Assembly: GCA_964247055.1 (NCBI GenBank)
Contig: OZ176051.1
Span: 5,270,001 to 5,334,000, forward strand
Source: Paragordius varius
Taxonomy: Eukaryota; Animalia; Nematomorpha
Length of the DNA stretch: 64,000 nt
Direction: 5' to 3'
Of the stretch, positions 13,880 through 25,760 are shown one piece after another. A program made the position numbers and the translations under genes. Each line of letters opens with the position of its first letter. The stretch's first letter is position 1. Below the pieces are notes generated by a model, which did not search any database, had not been told where the DNA came from, and was given only the letters and a program-made list of their open reading frames with translations.

Positions 13880-14056
13880 CAGTACGCATTTTAATGGTTG
13901 CTTATTTCACATTTATAGTTGGGTAATTTAATTTGCAACACGGTAGTCTACGGAAAAATCAACAAAATGTTGAATAAACATTTTTTTTCAATAAACTACT
14001 GTGTTGCGAATTGCCCAAATATATTGTGAAATAAGCAATCATTAAAATGCACACTG
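13880..14056. mobile_element. Tc1/mariner-type MITE in CTDSPL2 intron 4
   Basis: TIRs cagtacgcattttaatggttgcttatttcaca / tgtgaaataagcaatcattaaaatgcacactg, with TA on both flanks. A one-ended relative lies at ~52950-53030. Confidence 0.85.
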
Positions 14057-14187
14057 TATTTTGGGTCCAATTTGTCAAAAATTTATGGCTTTATATGAGT
14101 TTATAGTATAATAAAAAATTTAAATTTTGGGATTGTAAAAATATTCATAACATCATATAAAGTGAATTCTTTTTGAATGATTTTTAG

Positions 14188-14244
14188 GATATGGATATAC
14201 GAGATATGGTACGCAAATACAAATCACATGGCCATTATCCATAA
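14188..14244 (+). CDS. CTDSPL2: CTDSPL2 exon 5 (terminal)
   Basis: tttttag|DMDIRDMVRKYKSHGHYP*; matches the D-[VI]-R C-terminal segment of SCP phosphatases; aataaa overlaps the stop. Confidence 0.85.
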   Translation, partial: DMDIRDMVRKYKSHGHYP

Positions 14245-15799
14245 TAAATACATGGGGCCTGTTAAATTCTTTACAAAAATTTTAATTATATTATCATAAT
14301 ATTTTTTATGCGCGCCGTTGCCAAACTGGTTTCCCCTTCCACTCCTCATCTCTACCTTTTCCAATAGTTATCTATCATCGTATATCATTAATTAAAAATA
14401 ATGCAAATATATGTAGATTTTTAAATAATTTTTGTATTAAGTATATAACATATATATAATTTTTAACCTATATACTATGTTAATTAATTTATTTATAGTT
14501 AATGATACTACTATTATATAGGAAGTATATATATTTATCTAACTAATTTATTGACAATTTCTTATATGCATATATGTGTGTAAATAATTTTGATACCTTC
14601 TTACACTATGACTTATCAAAAATTCAGTATTAAATAATTAATTAATTTATGAAACATGACACACGAAAAAAAGACGAAGAAAATCCTTACATAATTGCAA
14701 AATCTTAAACCAATCACAATTCTCTACAATACATTTGTTTTATACCCACTATTTATTTAACAATATACACAATTTTTATATTTATTATTGGACATTCGCT
14801 GCTCGCATTTTAATTTTGTAAATTTTTTATTTTTAATCCTAAATTATCTTAGCGAAATTTATTTTAGTAGTCATACTAGTCATTCATTATCCATTTTTAA
14901 TTAAAATTAACTAATTACTTATAATAAAAAAAATACTAATAACTTTTGTAATGATAGCCAAAATTTATGTCACAAAATCGAATTTAAAATAGATTTAATT
15001 CTTTAGTTTCTTTATTACTTTGTTTAATTTATTTAGTATATTTTACAAAAATTAAATTTATATCTTATATTTTTTATTATTATGTTTTTATATCCCAAAT
15101 TTTTGCGCTCTTAAATATAATTGATCTAAATTTTCACCTCATGAAGACTATTTTATACCTAATTATACGACAATATTTTTATAACCATTAATTAAATTAT
15201 ATAAATATTATAATGCAGACACACTACGAATGATATGATACCCTTATGGTAATCTTTGTACGTTTATATTTTTTATAATAGCGTATTAATATTTAATTAA
15301 TTTATAATAAAGAATTGAATATTAAAATTGATGAATTTAAAAATTATATTTACATATTTTATTTCAATAATATGGAAGGTTTGATCAATGAAGTATGGTA
15401 TACTTTGATGTTTAGTATATTGCTCTCAATAGTTAATTCTTTTTAAAATTTATTTAACTTAATACTGTTAAATCTCAGTGGTGTTGACTGTATCTTTGGC
15501 GAACAGCAGAGGCCAATTACGGAGTAAATAACATTTCTATAGTTAGAACATTAAAAAGTACGAAAGCCCCCTGGCCGTAAAATATAAATCAAGTTTTTAT
15601 TAAAATATTGAACAATTGATTTTTTACATACTTTATGCAGGACCTTAAGTTTTTTGACCTGGAATCAACCAACCACCGGTTTCTTGGATTTAAGCACCAA
15701 ACAATTTAAATAAGTTGATAACTTGGTCTTATACCATTTAAGCAACGAGTTTGAATATATAATCTATCAAATAATAATAATATATCCCATAACCCATCC

Positions 15800-16284
15800 A
15801 TAGTAAACAATACTTTCGCTAATTACATACAAACAACTTTAAATCAACACAATCGCACAAACTTCCCTTGTGTTCCTACTGTATCCAAATGCAGTGAATA
15901 CATCGACGATATGAACCGTGATTGTATTGCCAAACTAAAAAATGAAAAAACGCCAGGCTTATCTGAACTAACGGTTCACATGTTAAAAGCCAGTGACATT
16001 ATTTCCTCCTACTTAACCAACTGTTCAATCTTATCATTTTCTCTGTAACCATCCCTAAAGACTGGTAAAACTGCATCATAATACCTAATAATAAGGGTAA
16101 AGGCGATGTCCTTCTTCCAGAATACTGCCCTATTAAAATCTTAGAATAAACTTTCAAACTTTTTGAACTTATACTGTACGATAAAATAAGATTTAAAGTT
16201 TAGCCGGACGATATGCGATTCAACTTTCCTTCCGGCAAAACTTAGACTGATGAAATATTTATTATACGTCAAATCAGCGCATCT
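15800..16284 (+). mobile_element. Decayed RTE-type LINE reverse transcriptase fragment, cut off by a hAT insertion
   Basis: Frames give CIAKLKNEKTPGLSELTVHMLKA / LFNLII..IPKDW*NCIIIPNNKGKGD / FKLFELIL..IR..RFNFPSGKT*TDEIFIIRQ, the N-terminal RT domains of non-LTR elements. Confidence 0.8.
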
Positions 16285-16985
16285 CAGTGGCGGAACTATA
16301 AATCCCCCCCCGCAAGATTTAAATACTGCTTCCTTACCCCCCCCCCCCCCCCCCAAAAAAAAATCGTTTGAAGATCTTTTCACTTAGCGCATCACTTAGA
16401 TTCGTAAAGAAATATTATACATGACTTGGCATCCTGAGTCTAAAAGTTTTGTGTTCCTGGTATTTTTATATATGATAGTTAGTACCCACCCGCCCACCTT
16501 AATCACCGCCAGTTTCCTAATCTTAACGTTCATTTTTATAGTTTAAAATAATTAAATAACTTGTTAAGAGCATGTATCAGAAAATCATGTTTTAAAATTT
16601 CGTTTTCTCTATTTTGCGTGAGTAAATTTTCTAATTATATTTTTTTATCCATTTGATTCGCCATCTCCACTTGAATTGCTAATAACGATAAATTGCTCAA
16701 CCTTTTTTCAGCCATCGTGCTTCTAATATAAATTTTTATTATTTTTAACTTTGAGAATGAACGTTTCGCTCTAGCAACCGTAACTGGTAAAGTCAAAAAC
16801 AATAATTATGTTTTAACTTCATCACAACTAAACTGTTGTTTACTCAATATTTAATAGCTCTGCGAATTGACTGACATTGTTAATTTGAGCGATTTCATCC
16901 TTAACCGAATTAGGAAACTGACACTATTCGAATCGGAAAAAATTGACTCAAATTGTTTGGATAACTAATTATTAAATTTTTAGCT
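16285..16985 (-). mobile_element. hAT (ZMYM1-like transposase) 3' end fragment
   Basis: Starts cagtggcggaacta followed by a C homopolymer. Paralog of 25761-26460. The minus strand encodes a decayed hAT dimerisation segment (LPVTVARAKRSFSKLK). Confidence 0.8.
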
Positions 16986-16999
16986 GAATTGTAATCATA

Positions 17000-19900
17000 T
17001 ATATATGGGTTGATAGAATTTAATATATACCTATATCACAATATGATTTTTTTAATTTCATTAGCTGGCCCTGTGAGGCTTCGTTGTGACGTAGTCTCAT
17101 CAATTATTATTAATAATTTGCAATAAATAGAGGTAATGGAGATAAATAAATTATAAAAAACATATTAAATAAAAAATATCTTTATTTTTTAGGGGTTTTT
17201 GCATAGGCTTAAATATTGTTTAATCTATATTGACCATATTTAAACTGTCCCTTATCAAAGTTAATATTCAACTATCATTGGATTTAATTTAAGATTTTCG
17301 TTTTACGAAATTATGGTTAAAAATTTTATTTTAAAATTTTACACAGCTGGGATCAAGGGATATAAAAAGTAACTCATATTTGGTCCATTTTTTAAGGAAA
17401 GAATGATAATTCACCAAAAAGGTGTTTAACTGAACTCGTATGTCTTCTTAAGTTTTTTAATCAGCTCTAAAACCACGCCATTTTTGTATGGCGTCTCAGT
17501 TTAAAACCGGTAGACCTACGCATAGACCTGTATGGAAAAGCGAGTTAAATTATTTGCCTTTATAGAGCAAATATTTGGAATTATCTTTGATACCATCGTA
17601 TCATGGGTTATTCAAAATACCCCAACACTAAATAACACTAGACAACAAATTTTAACTTTTTACTGCCATTCTTGTAAATTTAAAATTTATTTCATTAAAG
17701 TACATGATTAGTAGATCTGAAAAGAAAATTGGTCTAGCATGGAAGAATTTTTTTATATTAGAGTTTATCGATAATTTTTGGCCCCGATTTAACATTAAAC
17801 TCGAAATTTCGAAAATTAAAAGTTTTAGATATGAAACCATGTATTTTATATCATTCGAAAGAGCGTAAAAAACTGCATCTTTTAACTGGTAATAAGTCAT
17901 TTAAATCAATCAGATGTAAAAGTTATTTGGATTTAAATGGTCGAAATTTTAAATCCTTAAAGAAGTCAAGAATTTTCACAGATAAACTAATTTGAAAATC
18001 ATATAAATTATTTTAATATAATTATTAGGGTTATATTAGTATTTAATTTAAAAAAAATGTTTGAAAAGCTTTTGGTTTGCTTTTTTAATAAAAATTATTA
18101 TAATCATAAATATTTTACCCAGTGGATACTAAAATGCATAGTTATAACTGTAAAATTATTACATAGCTATAAAAGATCAAAAATACCTTAAATTTTGTTT
18201 TTATTTTCAAAATTTCGAAATTATCACCCTCGTAAAGAAAATAAATTAATATTGATGAGATTGTAATTTATAAAAAATAAAAAACTTAAAAATGGCCGTT
18301 TTTAGTGACATAAAAGCAATTAAAAATGTTTTAATCAAAAAAACTTTCTTGTGTTATCTTTTTTGGACATTCATCACCATCTAAACAAAGTTTGAGCTAT
18401 TTTCATCCATTAGTTTTAAAAATATAATAATTAAAAAAAATGCTCTCGCTTCGCGCGTTTGTCGCTCTTTGTGTCCAATATTAACTGACGATGTCATACT
18501 TATTAGTATGCATTTTATAGAGTTTTTATTACTCTTTCGAATTATATATTACAAATGGGCATTACTTGTATATTTTCAAAGGTAAACATTTTTTAGTAAA
18601 ATTTTGATAAAGAGGGTGTTAATCAAAAAAAATCAAATTATACAAAATTCTTCCATAGAGTTAGAATTTTATTTCAGATTTACTTTTAAAATGATACTAA
18701 ATATCAGAAAATGCCAAAAACTCGAATGACAGAAAAATTTGTTGCCAGTGTAATCGTTATATGATGACGTATTTTTAGGGGCATAAAGGCCCCAAATTAA
18801 CGGCTGATTAAAAAAGCCTGACCTTTTGTATCTAGTTACGGGTATTATTTCAAGATTTTAATGGACTCATATGGCTTCGTAATGTTCTGTAAATTAGCTC
18901 CAAGTAATTTCTATAGGTGCAGTTTTTCGGGTAGCCCCTTATCCAGGGGCAGGTAAAAGCGTTTAGCATAATTTTGCCTTTATATGGGGAATATCTGGAT
19001 TTATCATGGATTCCGTATGTTCCTATAAGTCTCATAGGTTTTTTGAAATTTGGCTCAAAGGCAGGCTGTATCGATATGGTAACGCATCGCGGGTAGCTCC
19101 CTAACCAGGGGCGAAACAAAAAGACGCTTGATTAAAATTTTTGCCTTAATTCAGGAAATACCTGGAACCATGATTGATTCCATATGCTCTCGTGGGATTT
19201 CGAAAAAAGGATTCAAAAAAAGTTATTCTATGGTAGCGCATTTTTTAGGGCGTAAAGAGCCTTTTTAAACCACTAATTTAAAAAACCGCTCGACGGTAAT
19301 ACTTCAAGCCCTTATTGAACTCATATGGCCCAATTAGTTTTTTGAAAATTAAATCCTAAATAACGGAATTTCGATATGGGGCGCAGTTTTAGGCGGGTAG
19401 CTCCCTACCCAGAGACTGATACCAAAAAAAGGCTTGATTAAATTTTTTTCCTTTTTACGGAGAATACCTGGAATCATGATTTCATATGCTCTAATTATTT
19501 TTGGAAAAAATACCTCAAAACTAAAAAAATCATTATGGTGGCGCATTTTTCAGGGCGTAAAGGGCCTAATTAACAGCTAATTTAAAAAAACCCACATGAT
19601 CTGAATTTTCACCATGTTACGGGTAATATTTTAAGCCCCTATTGAACTCATATGGCCTGATATTCTGAATAGCTCCTAAGGCATGCTTTTTCGATATGCC
19701 GGGACAGTTTTTAGCGGGTAGCTCCTTACCCAGCAGCCAATATAAAAAAACACAACTAAAATTTTTGCCGTTTAACTGGAAAAACCTGCAATCCTCTATT
19801 GAATCTTTACGGTCTCATACTTTGGGCGAAAAATAGATTCAAAAAATTATCTTTGTGAACTTTGTTTTTTTGAAAAAATGGCATTTTACGGGGGGATCGG

Positions 19901-22007
19901 GTAAAAAGAGGGCTTAAATTAAAAAAGCGAGCCGACTATGTTCGGTGCAATCGAAAAGAACTAAACAAAAATCATATTTGAAATTGAATGGTCCATAAAC
20001 GTTCTCCGGAAAATTGTCTCGAAGACATGATTTCTGTGGAGTTCGTTTTCAAAAATTCCGTTTTTTAGACGAGATGGGCCCTAACTGGCGCTTAATTCAA
20101 GAAAGGGAGAAGCTATTGTCAAGCATTCAATAGTGTTTATATTCTTTCGACATTTGATGAATAGGTCTACCGGTTTTCCGGAAACAGATCACAAAGCCAG
20201 CATTTTCCTATTATAAATATATAGATTATACAGACAAATAAATATCTTAAGTTGTATCGCACTATATATTATAAAAAAACTTTTTTGGTCTGTATAATTG
20301 TTTAAGGGAATTACAAGTTAGTGTCTATATTTTTGCGAAAAAAAATGCATTTTACATCCTTTTTACGATATTATATATTGGTAAAAAACATAATTTTATT
20401 TGAAGCCTTAAACCGCTGATGCGCATTTTATGGACGCAAAAATCCAGCACTCCATGAAAACAATGTAGTCAATCAGAATCAACACCATAAAAAAGATTTT
20501 ACCGCCATGAATATAAAAATCCACAAAAAAATTCGTATCGAAGCGAATCAATAAATTCAGTAGAATTATATTGTTTTAAGCTGATGTTTATCTGACACAA
20601 CCATACAGTTTTTAATAATTATTAATGTCTTTGTGGGATCCTATTTAATTATGTAAAGAATATTAAAAAATATAAATTTTGTAGATGATTTAATAAATAT
20701 TATAAAAAGTTTGTTTAGAAAAAATAGAAAAAATTGTTTAGCAAGAAAATAACTGGATCGCCTCCATTGTAATACAAATTTTGATGCAAATTTTGCTGTC
20801 CTTAACATAAACATCTCTTCTCACTCCATACCATGTTTGGGCGCCATTGTTTGAGGGGCCCACAAAAGAATTGCTAACACCGCGACATGTGTCCTGACTT
20901 TCAATGACTAATTGATATGCCAAAAAATAAATATTTTTTTCTTCCCTTATAGTCAAATAATTTGGCGTTAAAGGCCTTAACTGACAGATAACATGGTTTA
21001 ATTGCAGCCCGGTAGTTTATATTAATGTTAAACCCCATATCTGCTGGATTAATGTATATAAACTTTGATTTTTATATCACTCCTTGGAAATGAGTTATGA
21101 TTAATGTTGTGGATTGATCTCTATGTGTATGACACGAGCTTTATTTACCTTTGCAAACAGCAAGACACAACTCCGACGGGATTACCTGTCAATCATGTAA
21201 GACAAAGACGTCCCGGGAAGTAAGGTCGGAATCGCTGATGCAGGGCTGGTTACCAATCTTTGGCATCTCCTTCCGAAGTTGTGAGTTGGTTCAAGAAGAA
21301 TCGTCGGTTATTTAACGCGCGTTAGAATCCTAGTCGGAAGTATAGCTGAAAAAATGTCGCACGAAAGAGTACCATCAACACTGATGTCCAATATCTCCAA
21401 AATTGGTCTACCTAAAAGGCCACACTCATTTAGAAGCAAATGATGTCCCCTTTTACACCAAAGATAAAATCCTGAAATAAAGTCTATGACTCAACATAGA
21501 CCTTTGTTACTTTGAGGAGTATGGACCTAATTCGTTCGTACGGTTATTTAATATCAAATATTGCTTTTACACACCTAACGCGGTTAAATTAACATTTCCT
21601 TTATTATATATATATATATATAGCTTATAAACCATACTAACTTACATTAACACACCTATAAAGGCATTTATTTATGTATATAGATACTAACTTCAAACCC
21701 AAGTTCCGATGGTTCCCGCTGTGAAGCTCCATGCGTTACGGGTGGGGTGACAGCAGGTGGACGACGATCTTTCGACGCTAGCTTTACTTGTTTGTGCAAA
21801 AAATTCATCGGGAATCTTTTCATCGCATTTTTTTCAATGAATTTTTAACAACTAATACTACAAGGTAATTAATGAATAATGTGGTTAGAAACATCAAATT
21901 ACATGGAGCTTTTTTATAATTATTAATCTAAAAATGATCTGTTTGTAGTTCCATCATTTTTAGACCTATTACACTGCGTACAAAATTAGGGCGGTGGTTA
22001 TAATAGC
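17000..22007 (+). mobile_element. Composite repeat with Helentron/DINE-like core (copy 1); paralog of 39670-43170
   Basis: Colinear with the 39.7-43.2 kb copy. It has a 5' (ac)tagctggccctgtgaggcttcg hairpin-type start, internal degenerate tandem units (~160/310 bp), and a ttt..(ta)n-tag end at ~21623. No Rep/helicase ORF was seen, so the family call is tentative. Confidence 0.6.
17636..18750. mobile_element. Non-autonomous CACT-terminal (CMC/CACTA-like) DNA transposon with 3-bp TAA TSD
   Basis: TIRs cactagacaacaaattt / aaatttgttgccagtg flanked by taa on both sides. The paralogous copy shows the empty site ctaaataatcg at ~40285. Confidence 0.85.
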
Positions 22008-22875
22008 CTGATGAAATAGGCAACCGTGTCCATAAAAAATAACCAGATGAAATATATATTTGATAGGAAAATATATCATGATTATCATGGTGCCTTTGGT
22101 TCTCGCACTTACATGATTTAATATTTACAGGTTTAATATAAGTGCTTCATATAAGAAAAATGGAAAATTTTGCGAACATTTTTTTAAATATAATTTTTTT
22201 TAAAAGCGAAATGCTTCATTCCAAAAAATATCACTAAAATATATAAATATATATTAGCTACATGTAAAAAGCAAAACAATATATTTAAATTTTGGTTTTA
22301 AGATGTGGGTTCAAAAGTCGCAATTTTTTTCGCTCTTATAAAATGGTCAGTTTTCTTTAAATAAAAACAAAAATGCCAATATTGCCCTATAATAAGGTTA
22401 AATATAAGCTAAATTATGATATCAATCAAAAATATTTTCAAAAAGGTATATTTCTAAAATATATTTTTTAGCAAAATTTTGTTGAAACCTCATACTATTT
22501 TGAAGGATGATGCAAAACGGTATAAAACCGCTTAAAGACATTATAAAAACAGTTTTGTCTTCATTATATTAAATGTAAATTGCGACGAATATTATGAGCA
22601 AATTAATTAAATTAGATTAAATTTTAAAGCGATAGAAATGCTTAGCATCATCGAGTAATATAATTTTGACCAACAAAAAAAATGGAAATTTTGCTTAAAA
22701 GTTAAATTTATAGCAAACTATTTAAATTTATTTAAAATTAAAGTTAAATAATCAAATTTAGTTTAGATGTTCTTTTAACTAACTTTGATTTTGATTGTTA
22801 ACTTATTGTTTAGCCTTATTATTATTATACAACAATCATAAACAATATTCTAAAAATTTACAAATCATTATAAAT

Positions 22876-24264
22876 ATGTTTATTGATTCTCACACATTGT
22901 GTAAGAACAAAAACGATTTAATTTCAAATCCGCTCAATGCAAAATACTACTTTTCACCAATTCATGATTTCATAAAGGAATTGCAGTTGAAGAATTCTAC
23001 AAATATCTTTCCAAATCAAAGAATAAAAGAAGTTAAACTCTGGGCTGATAGTCATTTGCATCCATCGAAGATAAACCCAGTGATTGGTAAAACATTAAGA
23101 CTGAGTGATTTTACAAATATCATTTCAAATCAAATTATAAAAGAGGTATACAAGGCTGATTTGCATCCATTGGACTTAAATCCAGTGATCAGTAAAACAC
23201 TAAGGCTGAGGGAATTGGCAAACCTCATTATAAATCAAATTATAAAAGATGTCAACAAAGCTGAAAGTCATTTGCATCCATCGAAGATAAACCCAGTGAT
23301 TGCTAAAACATTAAGGCTGAGTGATCATTTAAATATCATTACAAATCAAATAATAAAAGAGGTATTCAAGGCTGATAGCTATTCTACATCGGAGATAAAC
23401 CCAGTGATTGCAAAAATAATAAGGTTGACAGATTTTACAAATATCATTGCAAATCAAATAATAAAAGAGGTCAACAAGACTGATAGTTTTTGGCATCCAT
23501 CGGACATAAACACAGTGATCGCTAAAACATTAAGGCTGAGGGATTTTACAAACATCATTGCAGAACAAATAATAAAAGAGGTCAAACTCAAAGCTCATTG
23601 TTATTTGCATCCGTCAGATCTAAATCCAATAATTTCTAAAACATTAAGGCTGAGTGATTTTACAAATATGATTGCAAGTCAAATAATAAAAGAGGCCAAC
23701 AAGGGTGATGGTAATCACTCATCGGATCTAAACCTAGTGATGGCTCAAACATTAAGGCTGAGGGATTTTACAAATATCATTGCAAATGAAATAATAAAAG
23801 AAGTCAACAAGGCTGATAGTCCTTTACATCCTACCGAGACAAACCCAGTGATTGTTAAAATATTAAGGCTGAGGGAATTTACAAATATCATTGCAAAACA
23901 AATAATAAAAGAGGTCAACAAGGCTGGTAGCCAATTGCCTCCATCGGACATAAAAGTGATTGCCAAACCATTAAAATTAAAAGTTTATACAAATACTAAA
24001 GCAAATCATATGTTAAAAGACGCTATAATTATGGATCATCCCCATAATCAAACACAAAAAAGTTTTCATAAAAGTTTGAATATATCTAAACCGGAGAATA
24101 CTTCCGATTATAAAAGTAATGAAAGCCTAATTCTCTCCAATACTGCATCAATATTAAGAAAGAAAGTAAGATGGATAGATGATATAACACCAAATGAGGA
24201 AATGGTGGCAGCTAGAGAATACAAGCTGATAACCACTTGTCAAAATGGCAGATTTAAGAGATAG
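22876..24264 (+). CDS. Orphan tandem-repeat protein (462 aa from first ATG): 8 full plus 2 partial 35-38-aa repeats and a C-terminal SILRKKVRW motif
   Basis: Long open frame in 25% GC DNA. Repeat consensus TLRLxDFTNIIANQIIKEVNKADSxLHPSDINPVIAK; all length differences between units are whole codons. The ORF track starts at an upstream TTG (22795). Confidence 0.7.
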   Translation: MFIDSHTLCKNKNDLISNPLNAKYYFSPIHDFIKELQLKNSTNIFPNQRIKEVKLWADSHLHPSKINPVIGKTLRLSDFTNIISNQIIKEVYKADLHPLDLNPVISKTLRLRELANLIINQIIKDVNKAESHLHPSKINPVIAKTLRLSDHLNIITNQIIKEVFKADSYSTSEINPVIAKIIRLTDFTNIIANQIIKEVNKTDSFWHPSDINTVIAKTLRLRDFTNIIAEQIIKEVKLKAHCYLHPSDLNPIISKTLRLSDFTNMIASQIIKEANKGDGNHSSDLNLVMAQTLRLRDFTNIIANEIIKEVNKADSPLHPTETNPVIVKILRLREFTNIIAKQIIKEVNKAGSQLPPSDIKVIAKPLKLKVYTNTKANHMLKDAIIMDHPHNQTQKSFHKSLNISKPENTSDYKSNESLILSNTASILRKKVRWIDDITPNEEMVAAREYKLITTCQNGRFKR

Positions 24265-25760
24265 ATCGATGCAATTGTTTGATGATTCCACACAAATTAA
24301 CAAGTATAATTTTATTCAATTTTACAAGAAAATTCTCTTTTTATAAAATTTAAATCGTTTTTTTTTGTTATTTATTTTAGAAGGCGGCCAGCTCCAAGTA
24401 TTTCCTCTCATGGCAAGGGTAATAGCGTAAACAATACAACATCACAGGCACCGCTTAAAAGCATTTTGCGTAACAATCAAGGCTCTTTAAGCAAACTCAA
24501 TTTTTTGAATGAAAAAATATGGATATAATAATAAACATCAACTGAAAATGAGAGTTTAAGACATAAGTTTTCCAATTGCAGAAATCAAAGAAGAAAACAC
24601 TTAAACATTGGTATTAAAGCAAATTTCGTTCAAATTTGAGGAAAGATATTAATGAATATTCCAATCAATAATGGATCCAACAATCATATAAATCAGTATT
24701 TTGCTTGTTCATCCGCTTATAAACAAGATAAAATATCCCTCTATGATGAACCTTAGAGATGACGTGAACAATGAAAAAAATAATAACAATTTAGCTTTGG
24801 TAGTGACGGTGTGACTTTACCTATTAATTTGTCGGCTTTCGTGATGCGTTTAAGGATTGAGGATCAAAAAAATGTATTGAAAATTGAAAATATAAATAAA
24901 TAATAAAAATATATTGTATTTTTGATTCTCTGTGTGAAAAGGCAAATTTTTTTAAAAATAGATTGAGTTTTATGCTTTTTTGTTTGTATCTGCTTGACCC
25001 GTTGATTGCCCTATCCCAGTAAATAATGTTGGCTAAACAAATTAGTTATGAATAAGGTATGTGGCATTTGTCGTATTTTAATTATTGTAATGAGCCTTTT
25101 CCATACGATACTTTGTGTTCATTTTTATCATGGCTGATAGATCAGATTATGCTGTTAATGTTATATCAATAAGTTATCGATAGCTAATCATTAAGTTTTT
25201 TTGTATAAAATTTATTATCCCTAAAATATAATATTTAAAGATTATATTTAGAGATGTAAAAAACTAGTTTTTAGTATTTTTTTCCATGTTCGTTAAAGAT
25301 AATGTTATATTGTTAAATTGAAACCAAGATTTGTCCCATTTTCAACATTAATCATAAGATTATTTTTTATGTACACAATCATTTCCATTCAATAAAATTT
25401 AACATCCTATAATTTTTGTAATTATTGTCATTGTTAAAGATCCCATGTCTAGTACACGAATCAACAGTTGGTCTATAATACAAAAATCCGAAGCAGGACA
25501 AATACTCATACTGCATTTTTGTAACTGACATTTATCGTTTTATTCTGTTGATAATCATCCATAAATGAATATAATCCTTGATTTGAGTTAAACTAAACTA
25601 TATATATATATATGTGGGAATATAAAATTAAATGCGCTTCTCTATGGGGTTTCATAAGTTTTAAAACCGTAATAAAGGTAGCACGGTTAAGCATGACTAA
25701 TAAGTTGTTCGGTGCCCAGGACTGGGATTGTACCACTTTTTAAAATACAGTAGCGTATGG

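Noticed and set aside
18760-19900. Internal repeats as a CRISPR or regulatory array; ORFs 18850-19119 and 19349-19546
   Set aside because: Degenerate tandem units inside a dispersed repeat, with no constant repeat and unique spacer pattern and no cas genes; the ORFs have no recognisable motifs.
23010-23990. 105-114-bp periodic repeats as a CRISPR-like array
   Set aside because: Whole units are homologous, indels are codon-sized and the context is eukaryotic; these are protein-coding repeats.
25678-25740. Possible tRNA-derived SINE head (tagcacggttaag...gttcggtgccc)
   Set aside because: A- and B-box matches are weak, no cloverleaf forms, and there is no second copy in the window.
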